Below, one piece after another: positions 31,883 to 43,528 of a stretch of 64,000 bases of DNA. Every line of letters begins with the position of its first letter. The first letter of the stretch is position 1. A model generated the notes under the pieces. That model ran no database searches. It was not told the origin of the DNA and saw only the letters and a program-made list of their open reading frames with translations. Source of the stretch: an uncultured Gemmatimonadales bacterium (GTDB lineage: Bacteria; Gemmatimonadota; Gemmatimonadetes; Gemmatimonadales; GWC2-71-9); assembly GCA_963739455.1 (NCBI GenBank), contig CAVUAK010000001.1:1408001-1472000 (forward strand). The letters run 5' to 3'. Position numbers and translations under genes: made by a program.

Positions 31883-34003
31883 GTACTTGCTGCTCGGCCT
31901 GCTGGCGGTCACGGGCTGCGGTGGTGGCGGCGGCGACGGCGGGGGTGACTGTGACCCGATCGCGGCGACGCTGGTGTCACGCATCGTCGTGACCCCGGCC
32001 TTGCCGACCCTGTCCGACGGGGCGTCGGTCCAGCTGGTGGCGACGGCATTCTCCTGTGACGACACCCCGCTGAGTGTGCCGTCGTTCACCTGGTCGAGCG
32101 GCGATGCGACCACGGTATCGGTGAGCACGTCGGGGATGGCGGTGGGCGTGAAGGTGGGCGGGCCGGTGACGGTGACGGCGGTGGCGCAGGGGAAGCAGGG
32201 GACGGCCCACGTACTGGTGGCGCCACGCTCGGTGGCATCGGTCGAGGTGAGCCGGCCACCGCGAACGTCGCGGTGGGACGCACCAGCACGCTGGTGGCCA
32301 AGGCGCTCGACGCCCAGGGCAACGAGCTTGCCGGGCAGCGCGCGGCGACGTGGAGCAGCAGCAACGAGGCGCTGGTCACTGTGTCGCAGGGGGGTGGCGA
32401 TCACGGGCGTGGCCGCGGGCGGACCGGTGACGGTGACGGCCACGATCGAGGGCCATTCGGGCACGGCGCGAGGTGACGGTGGTGGAGGCCGCAGTGGCGA
32501 GTGTCACGGTGACGCCGCCCACGTCCAATATCGAGGCTGGATCGACGGCGCAGTTGAGTGCGGAGCTGAAGGATGACGAGGGCAACGTACTGACGGGCCG
32601 GGCGATCACCTGGAGCACGTCGGATGCGCTTCGCGCGTCGGTATCCAGCACCGGCCTGGTGACGGGGCTGGCGCCGGGTGGTCCGGTGACGATCCTGGCG
32701 ACGTCGGAAGGGCGGAGTGGCGGATGCGCAGGTGACGGTGACGCCGGCTCCCGCAGTGCGGCTGGCGTTCGCCGCTCAGCCAGGCAATGCGGCGGCGGGT
32801 GCCAACATCCCGCAGGTGCGGGTGGAGATACAGAATTCGCTTGGCGGGCGAGTCACCACGTCGAATGCATCGGTGACGCTCTCGCTGGGTTCCAACCCCG
32901 GGTCGGGCAACCTGACCGGCACGCTGACGGTTGCCGCCGTCAACGGTGTGGCGACGTTCAGCAACCTCAAGATCGACCAGCCGGGAGCGGGCTACACGCT
33001 GGCCGCGGCGTCGTCCGGGCTGACGGGTGCGACGAGCACGCCGTTCAACATCACGGCTGGCGCGCCGACGTCAATTCGCTTCCTGGTGCAGCCGACCAAT
33101 GTTGTGGCCGGCGCCGAAATGGCGCCGATGCAGGTGGAATTGCTCGACGCGCTGGGGAACCGGGCCAGTGGTTCAAGCGCGCAGGTTACCCTGTCGCTGG
33201 GGAACAATCCGGGGGTGCCACGCTCAACGGGCACGGCGACGGTGAACGCGAGCAGCGGGGTGGCAACGTTCGCCGGATTGAGCCTCAACCAGGCTGCGAG
33301 CGGCTACACGCTGGTGGCCGCTACGGCAGGGCTCTCCCGCGTTACCAGCAACGCGTTCGACGTGTCACCCGGCGAGGCGGCAGCGATCGTGTTCACTGTG
33401 CAGCCGAGCAACGGCGACAGCCGGGGCGCCGATTGCGCCGGCGATCGTGGTGGAGGTACGCGACGGGTTCGGGAACCGGGTGACGAACGTCGGCGACGCC
33501 AGTGTCGCTGTCGCTCAGCAACAATCCCGGTGGGGCGACATTGGGCGGCACGGTTGTCGTCAACACCGTCGATGGCGTGGCGACATTCGACGCGGTGACG
33601 CTGGACCTGACGGGTGCAGGTTACACGTTGGTCGCGGGATCAGGGGCGCTGAATACCACCAGCGCCGCATTCGACGTGACACCGGGGCCGGCGGCGAGGC
33701 TGCGGTTCTTCGTGGGGCCGCCCCCGTCGGCATCGCTCCAGCAGACGCTGGCCCCGCCGATACAGGTCGAGATTCTCGACGCCCATGGCAATCGGGTGAC
33801 GACGTCGGCCGCCAGAGTCGCCGTGAGCAAGACTGGCCCCGGCGGCCCGAACAGGCTGGCGGGAACCAAGGACAGGACAGCGCAGAATGGCGTGGCGGTG
33901 TTCGATGACCTGCGGTTCACGAGCACGGGAAACTTCGCGATCATGGCGTCATCCCCGCCGCTGAGCGCCATTACGCAGTGCACCAATCGCTGTCGGTTTC
34001 TGA
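31857..34003 (+). CDS. Lipoprotein with multiple bacterial Ig-like (Big_2-type) domains; several frameshifts
   Basis: LAVTGC lipobox; repeated TWSS.D...VSV...G.VTG...G.VTVTA units; later F..QP...VE..D..GN repeats. Confidence 0.8.
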
Positions 34004-34015
34004 AGGGGGTACTCG

Positions 34016-35306
34016 TCAGAGCTTGCGCGTCTTCCGCTTCATGAAGTCCATCAGGATGAACTGCCCCAGCGTCATCGTGTTGGTGAAGTAGGCCTTCCCG
34101 CGACAGATCTCCGACACCTGCTTCACGAAATCCACCAGCTGGCGATCGCGCGCGAGCATGAAGGTGTTGATCATGATGTCCGATGCGCCGGCAGTTCGCC
34201 ACCTCGCGGTAGGTCGCCTCGAGGATCTTCGGGTCGAGTCCCATCGAATTGACGTAGATCCGGCCGTCGGGCAGCGTGCAGCGCCGACGGCTTGCCGTCG
34301 GTGATCATGATGATCTGCCGCATGTCCTTCTTCTGCGCCAGCGAGGATGCGCCGCGCCAGCTTGAGGCCTTCGGCGGTGTTGGTGTGATACGGGCCCACC
34401 TGCACGTTGGCGAGCGCCGCCGAGCGGAATCTCCTCGGCGGAGTCGTGAAAGAGCACGACCTGGATGCGAGTCGCCGGGGAACTGGGTGCGGATGAGGTG
34501 GGTGAGCGCCAGCGCCACCTTCTTGGCCGGGGTGAAGCGATCCTCGCCGTAGAGGATCATCGAGTGGGAGCAGTCGAGCATCAGGACGGTGGCCGCCGAC
34601 GAGCGGTACTCCGTCTGGTTGACCATCAGGTCGGGATAGTCGAGCTCGAGCGGCACCTTGAGCCCGCCGCGGGCGATGGCGCTGGTGAGCGTCGCCGGCA
34701 CGTCGAGGTTCAGGGTGTCGCCGAACTCGTAGGGGCGGCTGGCCGCCTCCGCCTCGACGCCGGTGGCGAGGAAGCGGGGTGTCGTGGGCACCGAAGCTCG
34801 ACTTGCCGATGCTGCCGAGCAGGCCCTTGAGCGGTCTTGTAGCCGAGGAAGTCGATGCCCTTCTCGGTGAGGCCGAACTGGACCTGCTGCGGCGGCCTCG
34901 CGGGCCTGGCCGTCGGGGCCGAACAGCGGACTGGTAGCCGGCAGGCACCTGCGGGGCGTTGTCGACCTTGAGGAACCCCTCGTCGATGAGGCGCTGGACG
35001 ATCTGGTCGAGCAGCTCGGCGAGCTGGCGCTCGAGGTCCTCGTCCTTCGCCGGGTCGCCGGTGGACTCGCCGCGGAGCAACTGGAGCATTTCGGGGGTGA
35101 GCTGGCCCGACTCCATCAGCGCCTGCAGGATGGCCTCGCGGAGGGCGTCCATGCCGCGGTCGGGCTCGCCGGGATCGTCGTTCCACGAGGCCACCGCCGC
35201 CGAAACCCGACTGCAGCAGGAAGTCACCCAGCTGGTCGAGCAGGGCCTGCAGGTTGACCGCGTCGGCGAGTTCGGGGAGGAATTTTGAGTAGGTGGTGAA
35301 GCGCAT
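34016..35306 (-). CDS. VWA domain protein (COG4867-like, partner of the chelatase-type ATPase); frameshifted
   Basis: [25 protein letters not shown]-like [38 protein letters not shown]. Confidence 0.85.
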
Positions 35307-35307
35307 G

Positions 35308-35353
35308 TGAGTCGGCAGTCGTCAGTCGGCAGTCTACAGTGAGTCGTCAGTCG
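35308..35353 (+). repeat. Heptamer array (AGTCGGC/AGTCGTC family)
   Basis: gagtcggcagtcgtcagtcggcagtctacagtgagtcgtcagtcg. Confidence 0.8.
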
Positions 35354-35410
35354 CTTCCCATGGTACCCCGAATTGGCGGAGAGTTCAAACTTCCGCTTAC
35401 GTTTCGAGAC

Positions 35411-36655
35411 GTGACTGCCCCCGGCCTCATATCCCGGATTCCCGGGTCCCTTCCTGCGCTCCGTTCCCGGAACTTCCGGTTGTTCATCACCGGCCAGCTC
35501 ATCTCGTACACCGGATCGTGGCTGCAGACGGTGGCGCAGGGGTGGCTGGTGCTGCAGCTGTCCAACTCCGCGTTCATCGTGGGACTGGTGACGGCGCTGG
35601 GGTCGCTGCCGATCCTCCTGTTCACGCTGTATGGCGGGGTGCTGGCGGACCGGGTAAACCGCCGGAAGACGGTGATGGTCCTGCAGGCCTTGCTGGCGGT
35701 GGAAGCGCTGGCGCTGGCGATCCTCGTGGTCCTCGGACACGCCACGGTGCACTGGATCATGGGGCTGGCGCTGTTCACCGGGCTGGTGACGGCGTTCGAG
35801 GTCCCGATCAGGCAGTCGATGGTGGCGGAGCTGTCGGGTCGGGAGTCGCTCATGAACGCGATCGCGCTGCAGTCGTCGGTGTTCAACCTGGCGCGCGTGC
35901 TGGGGCCCGCGTTCGCCGGGGTGATCATCGGGATCTGGGGCGTGGCCGCGTGCTTCTTCCTCAACGCAGCCAGCTTCCTTGCGGTGATCTGGGGACTGTG
36001 GCGGATGGACCTTCCCAATACGCCACCAGCCAAGCCAGGGGTGGACGTGATCGCGGCGTTCAAGGAAGGGGCTCGCTACGTGCGGCATGAGCGGTGGCCG
36101 CGCGCGCTCATGATCCTGATCGCCTCCACGACAATCTTCGGCTTCTCGTTCCTGGCGATGCTGCCGGTGTTCGCCCGCGACGTGCTGGGAAGCGATGCCG
36201 GCGGGTATGGTGCGCTGGTGTCGTCGGTGGGCGTGGGCGCCCTGTCGGGTGCGCTCTTCCTGGCGGCGTTCGGCGGCGCCATGCGGAAGCGGCGTCTCGC
36301 GCTCATTTCCGCGGCGGGCTTCGGGACTGCCCTGGTGGCGACGGCGCTCGCGCCGAACTACTGGGTGGCGTTCGGGTTGCTGGCGGTGGTGGGGTGCAGC
36401 ATGGTATTGCAGAGCATCAGCGCCAACACGCTGCTGCAGCAGGAGGCACCGGATCACCTGCGTGGCCGGGTGATGGGCTTCTACTCGTTCGTGGTGCTGG
36501 GGATGGCGCCATTCGGGGCGCTGCAGATCGGGTGGGTGTCACAACACTTCGGGACCCGGGTGGCGTTTGGGCTGGGCGGGGCGCTGTGTGTGGCGGTCGC
36601 GATTTATGTGTGGAGGGTGGTGGTGGTGGGGCGGAGAGGAACCACAACAGCGTGA
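35411..36655 (+). CDS. MFS transporter (MFS_3/DUF894 type)
   Basis: ALRSRNFRLF..GQ.IS..GSWLQ.VAQ.WLV, GGVLADR.NRR, FNLAR.LGPA, LRGRVMG. Confidence 0.92.
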   Translation: MTAPGLISRIPGSLPALRSRNFRLFITGQLISYTGSWLQTVAQGWLVLQLSNSAFIVGLVTALGSLPILLFTLYGGVLADRVNRRKTVMVLQALLAVEALALAILVVLGHATVHWIMGLALFTGLVTAFEVPIRQSMVAELSGRESLMNAIALQSSVFNLARVLGPAFAGVIIGIWGVAACFFLNAASFLAVIWGLWRMDLPNTPPAKPGVDVIAAFKEGARYVRHERWPRALMILIASTTIFGFSFLAMLPVFARDVLGSDAGGYGALVSSVGVGALSGALFLAAFGGAMRKRRLALISAAGFGTALVATALAPNYWVAFGLLAVVGCSMVLQSISANTLLQQEAPDHLRGRVMGFYSFVVLGMAPFGALQIGWVSQHFGTRVAFGLGGALCVAVAIYVWRVVVVGRRGTTTA

Positions 36656-36698
36656 GGGGGAACTGCGACTGCGTGAGGAGGAACTGCAACTGCGGAGG
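36646..36698 (+). repeat. 21-bp repeat family copy containing the MFS stop codon
   Basis: aacagcgTGAgggggaactgc gactgcgtgaggaggaactgc aactgcggagg. Confidence 0.85.
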
Positions 36699-36704
36699 TA
36701 GCGC

Positions 36705-37343
36705 TTGATCATCACAATATCCCGGCAGTTCGGGGCGGGCGGCGCCGAGGTGGCGAAGCGGGTCGCGGACCGGCTGCAGTGGCGCGTGGCGGACAATGAG
36801 TTCGTCGATCGCGTCGCGGCGCGGGCGGGGCTCACGCCCGATGAAGTGGCACTCCGGGAGGAGCGGGTGCCCAATTTCATCGAGCGACTGGCCTGGGCGC
36901 TCGCTTCCGCCTCGGCGGAGCTGGCGGTGCCGACCGGTGCCACGATGGAGGGATTGAGCGAGCCGCTGATGGTGCGGGTGACGGAGAGTGTCGTCGCGGA
37001 GATTGCGCGCGAGGGACGGGTGGTGCTGGTGGGGCGCGGTGCCGCCGCCGTGCTGGGAGAACGGGAGCGGACGCTGCACGTGCAAGTGGTGGCACCGGTT
37101 GGCATCCGAGCGGAGCGGATTGCGGGGCGGCTCAACATCCCGGTGGAGGAGGCACGAAAGAAGATCCAGGAGACGGACGGGCGGCGGGCCAAGTATCACA
37201 AGGAGTACTACGGGCGGGACTGGGCGGATCCGGTGAACTATCACATCGTGATCAACACGGGATACCTGGGCCTGGACGGAACGGCGGACCTGGTCGTGCG
37301 GGAAGCGGGGAGGAGGGGGTGGGCGTTTCGACAACAGTCGTGA
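36705..37343 (+). CDS. Cytidylate kinase-like family protein
   Basis: IITISRQFGAGG, VVLVGRGA, R.ERIA, D..RA.Y..YY..DW.DP.NY...INT. Confidence 0.9.
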   Translation: MIITISRQFGAGGAEVAKRVADRLQWRVADNEFVDRVAARAGLTPDEVALREERVPNFIERLAWALASASAELAVPTGATMEGLSEPLMVRVTESVVAEIAREGRVVLVGRGAAAVLGERERTLHVQVVAPVGIRAERIAGRLNIPVEEARKKIQETDGRRAKYHKEYYGRDWADPVNYHIVINTGYLGLDGTADLVVREAGRRGWAFRQQS

Positions 37344-37369
37344 GTCGTGAGTCGTGAGTCGTCAGCCGT
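37335..37369 (+). repeat. (GAGTCGT)x4-5 heptamer array containing the stop codon
   Basis: cagtcgT GAgtcgt gagtcgt gagtcgt cagccgt. Confidence 0.85.
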
Positions 37370-37371
37370 TC

Positions 37372-38845
37372 CTAGCCGAATGAGATTCCGCCTTGACCGT
37401 GACCCTGATCCTTCTTGCGCTCGGGGCGAATGCGAGAGTAACCCAGTTCATCACTGCGGGTGATCTTCTTCTGTGCGGCAAGACCTTCCAGGATCAGTTC
37501 GCAGGCGGCGACGACCTTGGCGGTCTCGTTGCGACCGGCGAGTTCACCAGCCACCACGGCGTTGACGAGGCCGGGCACCACCGAGAAGCCCTTGAGGCAG
37601 ACGTCGGTCTTTTCGTCTCCTGCAATCTTGAGCGCGCCGCCGCTGTCGAACCACGCCACGATCGAAGCGAGGTCGAGATGACCGATGCGCTCCATCATGG
37701 TGGCCCCGGCAGCGCGGCGGATCAGCTCGCGCGCGATGGCGTCGGCGCCCTGCAGTTCTCCCTCGTATTCCAGCTCGAGCTTGCCGGTGATGGACGGCAG
37801 CGCCGCGTAGATGTCGGTGATGCGCGGCGACGACCGTCGTCTCCTTGTGCGCGAGCGCCCGACGCTCGGCGCTGGAGATGGCGTGCTCGAGCACGCTGAT
37901 CGGCAGGCGCTGGCTGACGCCGCTCCGGCGATCGACCCGCTTGTCCTCGCCGCGCCTCGAAGGCGACCCGCTCGACCACCTCGAGCACGAAATCGGGGAC
38001 GTCCACCGGCTTGGCGCCGCGGTCGATCCACGCTTCCTGCGCGCGTGATCTCCATGCCGAGCTCGACGGTGCGCGGATAGTGGGTGAGGATCTCGGAGCC
38101 GATACGGTCCTTGAGCGGCGTGATGATCTTGCCGCGCGCGGTGTAGTCCTCGGGGTTGGCGGTGAAGCACGATGCAGGACATCGAGCGGCAGCCGGACCG
38201 GATAGCCCTTGATCTGGACGTCACCCTCCTGCATGATGTTGAAGAGGCCGACCTGGATCTTGCCGCTCAGGTCGGGCAGCTCGTTGATGGCGAAGATGCC
38301 GCGATTGGCGCGCGGCAGCAGGCCGAAGTGCATGCGTGAGCTCGTCGGAGAGCAGGTGCCCGCCGCGCGCCGCCTTGATCGGGTCGAGGTCGCCGATCAT
38401 GTCGGCGATGGTGACGTCGGGCGTGGCCAGCTTCTCGACGTAGCGGTCCTCGCGCTTGCAGCCAGGCGATCGGCGTGGCGTCGCCGCACTCGGCGACCAG
38501 GTCGCGGCCGAACTTGGAGATCGGGCCGAAGGGGTCGTCGTTGACCTCGCTGCCGGCGATGACCGGAATGACTGGGTCGAGGAACTCGACGAGGGCCCGC
38601 AGGAGCCGGGTCTTGGCCTGTCCGCGAAGGCCGAGCAGGATGAAATCGTGCCGGGCCAGGACGGCGTTGACGATCTGGGGGAGGACGGTGTCCTCGTAGC
38701 CGACGACGCCCGGGAAGAGGGGCGTGCCTGCCTCGAGGGCCTGGATGAGGTTGGCCCGAAGCTCCTCCCGGACGGTGCGTCCGCGGAGTGGGGCGTCGTT
38801 CCAGGGGCTGTTCTTGAGGTCAAAAAGCGAATGTGGCTGGCGCAT
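37372..38845 (-). CDS. Mg-chelatase/MoxR-related AAA+ ATPase (Rv0958-like); several frameshifts
   Basis: [11 protein letters not shown], Walker [63 protein letters not shown]. Confidence 0.88.
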
Positions 38846-38879
38846 GCGTGATTATACCCGGGAAGAGCGATTGGGTTTT

Positions 38880-38984
38880 GGAGGGCGGGGAGGGCGGGGA
38901 AGGCGGGGAAGGCGGGGAAGGCGGGGAAGGCGGGGAAGTTGTATGGCTTCGCGTCCTCCCCGTCTTCCCCGCCCTCCCCGCCTT
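38880..38984. repeat. 9-bp G-rich array x6 with an inverted C-rich partner x3 (hairpin) in a divergent promoter region
   Basis: (GGCGGGGAR)6 at 38880-38938; cctccccgtcttccccgccctccccgcc at 38955-38984. Confidence 0.88.
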
Positions 38985-39023
38985 CATTTGTGCGCAACCT
39001 CACAAATCCCAGCAACTTACCCG

Positions 39024-39051
39024 TTGACGAACGGTAATACGTGGGTACCTT
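39024..39051 (+). promoter_or_regulatory. Possible sigma-70 promoter for the small lipoprotein
   Basis: TTGACG-16 nt-TACCTT; GAGGAG Shine-Dalgarno before ATG 39130. Confidence 0.35.
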
Positions 39052-39129
39052 GCGCGCGGTCGTGGGCGTTGGTCGACGCCGGGCAGTGGTTGGGGGGCAG
39101 GGTCATTCAACTTCGAGGAGTTCGAGCAA

Positions 39130-39444
39130 ATGCGGAAGTTCCTGATGGTGGCCGCGGTGGTTGCGGTTGCGGCTTGTGGCAAGAAGCAGGCGGATACGAC
39201 GGCTGAGTCGATGGGCGCGGCGGCTGGTGCGGCGGTGGACACGGCAGCTCACGTTGCCGACAGCGCGATGGGTGCGATGGCCGATTCGGCCCACGCAGCG
39301 ATGGCCCCGGCAGCGGCAGCGGCAGGCGCGGCGGTTGATACCGGCAAGACGGTGGTGCAGAAGGCTGCTGACGCGATGAGCGCCCCGGCCGCGCCGACCA
39401 CCACCAAGATGGAAGCCGCGCCGGCCGCTCCGGCGAAGCCGTAG
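39130..39444 (+). CDS. Small Ala-rich lipoprotein
   Basis: MRKFLMVAAVVAVAAC lipobox, strong SD, internal AAAGAAVDT repeats. Confidence 0.8.
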   Translation: MRKFLMVAAVVAVAACGKKQADTTAESMGAAAGAAVDTAAHVADSAMGAMADSAHAAMAPAAAAAGAAVDTGKTVVQKAADAMSAPAAPTTTKMEAAPAAPAKP

Positions 39445-39452
39445 TTCAGTAG

Positions 39453-40350
39453 TTAAGACAGGGGCAGGGCAGTGACGGTGGCGGGCAGTCCGCCGGCCGT
39501 CACTACCTGACCGGTCTCCACCTCGCGGCGAATGAGCGCGAGGGCGACGCGCCCGGTGGGCAGCGTGAGGATACTCCTCACGCTGCCCACTTCCTTTTCG
39601 CCGAGGAAGATCTTCGCGTCGGTGAGCGGTTCGGTGCTGTCCCAGGCCAGGCCTCGGAGGTCGCGGTTGGTGTGCCCGCGGAAGTGCAGTCGCGCGACGG
39701 TTTCCTGCCCGGTGTAGCACCCCTTCTCGTACGACACGCCGTTGTTTTCATCGAACCGGACTTCCTGCACCAGGGTCTTTTCGTCGATCTCGGCGCCGCG
39801 CTGGGGCCAGCCGGCGAGGATGCGGGCTGCCTGCCACTCGTCATCGGTGGCGGTTCGGGCGCCGTCGAGGGCGAGGCCCTTGAGGGTGTGGGCCATGTCG
39901 TCTGCTGTGCCGAGAACCAAGGCAGTGAAGGGGCTTCGGCCGCTTTGCGGCCTCGCAATGACGGCGGGGGGCAGCGGTGTCGCCGGACCCAGGACGCGCC
40001 ATACCTGCCACTCGTCGGTAAGGTCGGTGACCTTCGCGAGACGGGGCGGAAGCTGCTTCTTGAACAGCTCAGCGGCGGTAGTGCGCGCATCGAGGTCGGT
40101 GATGAAGCAGGAACCGATCGGCGAGCTTGATGACCCAGCAATCGAGGATGATCAGGCCCTTGGGCGTGAGGAGCGCGCCATAGACGAGCGATCCCTCTTC
40201 CGGCTTGTTCAGGTCGTTGGTGAGGAGGCCCTGCAGGCACTGCAGTGCACCGGGTCCGGTGATCGAGAAGACCGCCGCGGGCATGCGGTGCACGAGTGTC
40301 CCGGTCTTGAGGCGCTCGAGGCTCTCTGCGTTCAGCGTGGCCTCAACCAT
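39453..40350 (-). CDS. ygfZ: YgfZ/GcvT-type folate-binding protein; frameshifted
   Basis: LQGLLTND, ALLTPKG and the signature KGCYTGQETVAR. Confidence 0.85.
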
Positions 40351-41011
40351 TGCCGTTGACCCAGGGCAAGTCGGCGGGCAGCCGGCCGGTGAAGTCAGGC
40401 CACACTGAGTCGGCGCCGGTCAGTGCGTCGGCGGGATGCGAGGTCGAGAGCATGGCGCAACGAAGTCCCGCGCCGCGCGCCGCCTTGAGACCGGGGAGGG
40501 AATCCTCGATGACCATGCAGTCAGCGGGATCGGCGTTCAGGGCGGCGCGGGCCTGGTTGTAGCCGGCGGGGTCGGGCTTGCAGTCGGGGACATCTTCGGC
40601 GGCAACGACGAGCTCAAACAGGGGCGCGATGCCATCGGCCGAGAGAACGAGGTCGATTTCCCGCCGGAGGGCGCCGGATACGATGGCCAGCCGATGCCCC
40701 GCCTCGGCGCAGGCGCGGACGAATTCGGAGGCACCGGGGACCATCGGCATGTTCGCCTTCACCAGTCGCTCCCAGGCGGCGTTCTTCCGCTCGGTGGCAT
40801 CCGCGATGCTGGCGGCGTCGGAGGGGCGGTTGGCCTGGGTGAAGCTGTAGCGGAAGCATTCGCGGTCATCGAAGCCGAGATAGTCGCGATAGTAGGTATC
40901 GCGATCGAGGTCGATGCCGTACTCAGCGAGGGTGTGGATGAGCGCCTCGCAATGCAGCGGCTCGTCGTTGATGAGGACGCCGTTGAAGTCGAAGAAGATT
41001 GCTTTCGTCAT
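40343..41011 (-). CDS. HAD family phosphatase
   Basis: Motif I FDFNGVL, IVSGA, KPDP, VIEDS..G. Confidence 0.88.
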   Translation of the reverse strand: MTKAIFFDFNGVLINDEPLHCEALIHTLAEYGIDLDRDTYYRDYLGFDDRECFRYSFTQANRPSDAASIADATERKNAAWERLVKANMPMVPGASEFVRACAEAGHRLAIVSGALRREIDLVLSADGIAPLFELVVAAEDVPDCKPDPAGYNQARAALNADPADCMVIEDSLPGLKAARGAGLRCAMLSTSHPADALTGADSVWPDFTGRLPADLPWVNGNG

Positions 41012-41022
41012 TCCCGGAAAAT

Positions 41023-41059
41023 AGGCGGGGAAGGCGGGGAAGGCGGGGAGGGCGGGGAA
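41023..41059 (+). repeat. 9-bp G-rich array x4, intergenic
   Basis: Read directly. Confidence 0.85.
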
Positions 41060-41066
41060 ACAGGTC

Positions 41067-42315
41067 CTACTGTTGGCGGCTGTAGAGGCCGCCAACGCGA
41101 TAGGACTCGTCCAGCAACTCTACCGGGTGAAGGACGGCGGTGTCCATGCCGGCGACGCGGAGGCCGGCGCCGATCTGCATGTGGCAGCCGGGATTGCCGG
41201 TGGTGACAACGCGCGGCACCGGCGAGGCAGTGGCGATGCCCTTGATCTTGTCGTCGAGGACGGCGCGGGCCATGTCGGGGTGCAGCATCGAGTAGATGCC
41301 GGCGCTGCCGCAGCACTTGTCGGAGCCCGGAAGCAGCCGCAGGCGCAGTCCGGGAATGGCGTTCAGCACGGCGAGCGGCTCGGCCTGGACCTTCTGCGCA
41401 TGCTGAAGGTGGCAGGGGGCATCGTACACCACATCGAGCGGCAGGGGGCCTCCCTGCCGAGGTCCCTTGGCGGCGAGCAGTTCGGTGACGTCGCGCACCC
41501 GGTCGCCGAACTGTTCACCCTCGCGGGTGCCGAGGAGGTGGCCGTACTCCTTGAGCAGGGCGCCGCAGCCGGCACTGTTCACCACGATGAAATTGGCGCG
41601 GCTGCCGAACGCCTTCACGTTCTGTCGCGCGAGCGACTCCGCGCCGGCGCGATCGCCGGCATGTTCATGCAGCGCGCCGCAGCAACCCTGCCCGTCGATC
41701 TCCACCACGCGATAACCATTGGCCTCGAGCACGCGCCGGGTTGCGTCGTTGACGTGGCGAAAGACGGTGTCCATGACGCAACCGCGGAACAGGGCGACCG
41801 TGGGTGCGGAATGAGAGATGTGAAAGCTCGGGAAGGAGCGGGGCTTCTCGGCGCGCTTGGTGGAGGCGAGCATGCCCATGCTGAAGCCAAGGCGGCTGCC
41901 ACTCGACCAGCGAGCCGGCAGTCCAGTCATGCGGAACCAGCGCGCCAGCGTGAGCAGCTGTCCGCCAGATGACCCGATGAGAGAAGACGGCGAGGATGGC
42001 CCGCGCGGCAGGGGCGATGCCGCGCTTCGCGGCGAGGATCTCGCGCGCGGCTTCCAGGCCCTGACCGTAGCCCACGCCAGACGGGCAGGCGGGCTCGCAG
42101 CCGCGGCAGCCGAGACAGGCATCGATGTGCTGGGTGAGGGCGGGATCGTCGGCGCCGATCTCGCCGCGCTCGAGTGCGCGCATGAGCACGATGCGCCCGC
42201 GCGGGCTGTCGGCCTCGTCGCCGGTGGCGAGGTAGGTGGGGCAGGCGGGAAGACAGAATCCGCAGTGGACGCAGGGGTCCAGCGCGGTGAACCGCGAGTC
42301 GGTACTACCGGCCAT
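41067..42315 (-). CDS. glcF: Glycolate oxidase Fe-S subunit; frameshift near 41965
   Basis: [38 protein letters not shown] domains (GCCGAL, CCGSAG). Confidence 0.9.
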
Positions 42316-43528
42316 CACCATCGCCCTCGAGCGCCACGCTCAGCAGCAGGCCCGGATCGAATGTCTCCCTGAGCCGGCTCACGAGCGCACCGACGCCCTC
42401 ACGATAGGCACCGAAGTGCCCGAGCTGCTGGCGAATGGCCCAGGGCGCGCGCTCGAGGGTCATGGGAATTTCGCGCGACGCGGCGGTGCGACGAAGCGCG
42501 CGCAGGGCATCGATGCGTGCCTCACCACTCCAGCGAATGCCACCGGCGCTGCCGACACCGGCCGTGATGAGGCCCTCGTCGAGCGTCGCGGCGAGCATGT
42601 CGAGCGAATCGTCGAGTCCCGGCTGCAGCACACCGAGCCGGAGCGTGACGGCGCCGCCGAGCACGGCGCGCGCCGAGAGGTGCCAGAAGGAACTGGCGCG
42701 CTCGACGGGGAGCTGCTGCCAGACGAGCGACGTGGCGGCGACAAGCCGCCGGGCCTCGGCGGCAACGCCGTCCTCGGTACCCATGAGGCGCGCGGCCAGG
42801 ATCCAGTCAGGCTCGGCCGCAATGGCGGGCGAGAAGAGCTCGAGGGCCTGCAGCGAGAGCCGCGCATCGGTAAGGTCGCGCGCGACGCTCGTGAGGTGGT
42901 CGCGACTGGCGCGGGTGATGAAGGTCTGGTCGGCGCGCGGAAGGGCACGGAGCCGGAGGTTGAGCTCGGTGATGACACCGAAGCCGCCGAAGCCACCGAT
43001 CTGCAGCTTGCCGAGGTCGTAGCCGGCGACGTTCTTGACGACACGCCCGCCGGCGCGGACAACGCGCCCGTCTCCGGTGACCACGCTCAAGCCGAGTACG
43101 TGATCGCGAACCGGACCGAAGCCCTGGCGCAGGGGGCCGGCGGTGCCGGCGGCCACAATGGAGCCGATGCTCCGCTCCGGTCGACCGGGCGGGTCGACGG
43201 CGAGCCACATGCCATCGTCGGCAAGACGCCGGCGCAGCGTGCCGATGGCGACACCGGCATCGACTGTGGCGACGAGATCGGCGGGACTGACACTGGTGAC
43301 GCGATCGAGCCCGCGGGTACTGACCGCGAAGTCAGCGGGGGCGTCGCTGGAGAGCCAGGTGCCCTGTCCCTCGATGCGCGCGCGCCAGTTGCGTCCGTGC
43401 GCCAGCGCAAAGAGCCGCGCCATCGACTCGGTGTTGTCGGGAACCACGCGCGGGAGCCCGGCGGGGTCGCGCTCTACACCGGAGGCGCCGACGATCTCGC
43501 GAAGCCGAGCCAGCATGCCGTCAATCAT
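42305..43528 (-). CDS. glcE: Glycolate oxidase FAD-binding subunit GlcE-like
   Basis: [27 protein letters not shown]-terminal FDP; lies between glcD and glcF. Confidence 0.85.
   Translation of the reverse strand: MIDGMLARLREIVGASGVERDPAGLPRVVPDNTESMARLFALAHGRNWRARIEGQGTWLSSDAPADFAVSTRGLDRVTSVSPADLVATVDAGVAIGTLRRRLADDGMWLAVDPPGRPERSIGSIVAAGTAGPLRQGFGPVRDHVLGLSVVTGDGRVVRAGGRVVKNVAGYDLGKLQIGGFGGFGVITELNLRLRALPRADQTFITRASRDHLTSVARDLTDARLSLQALELFSPAIAAEPDWILAARLMGTEDGVAAEARRLVAATSLVWQQLPVERASSFWHLSARAVLGGAVTLRLGVLQPGLDDSLDMLAATLDEGLITAGVGSAGGIRWSGEARIDALRALRRTAASREIPMTLERAPWAIRQQLGHFGAYREGVGALVSRLRETFDPGLLLSVALEGDGDGR

Noticed and set aside
40980..41011. HAD motif I reads DFN rather than DxD
   Set aside because: The nucleophile Asp is kept and the other motifs are intact. 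One substitution at the second position is too little to claim a new function.
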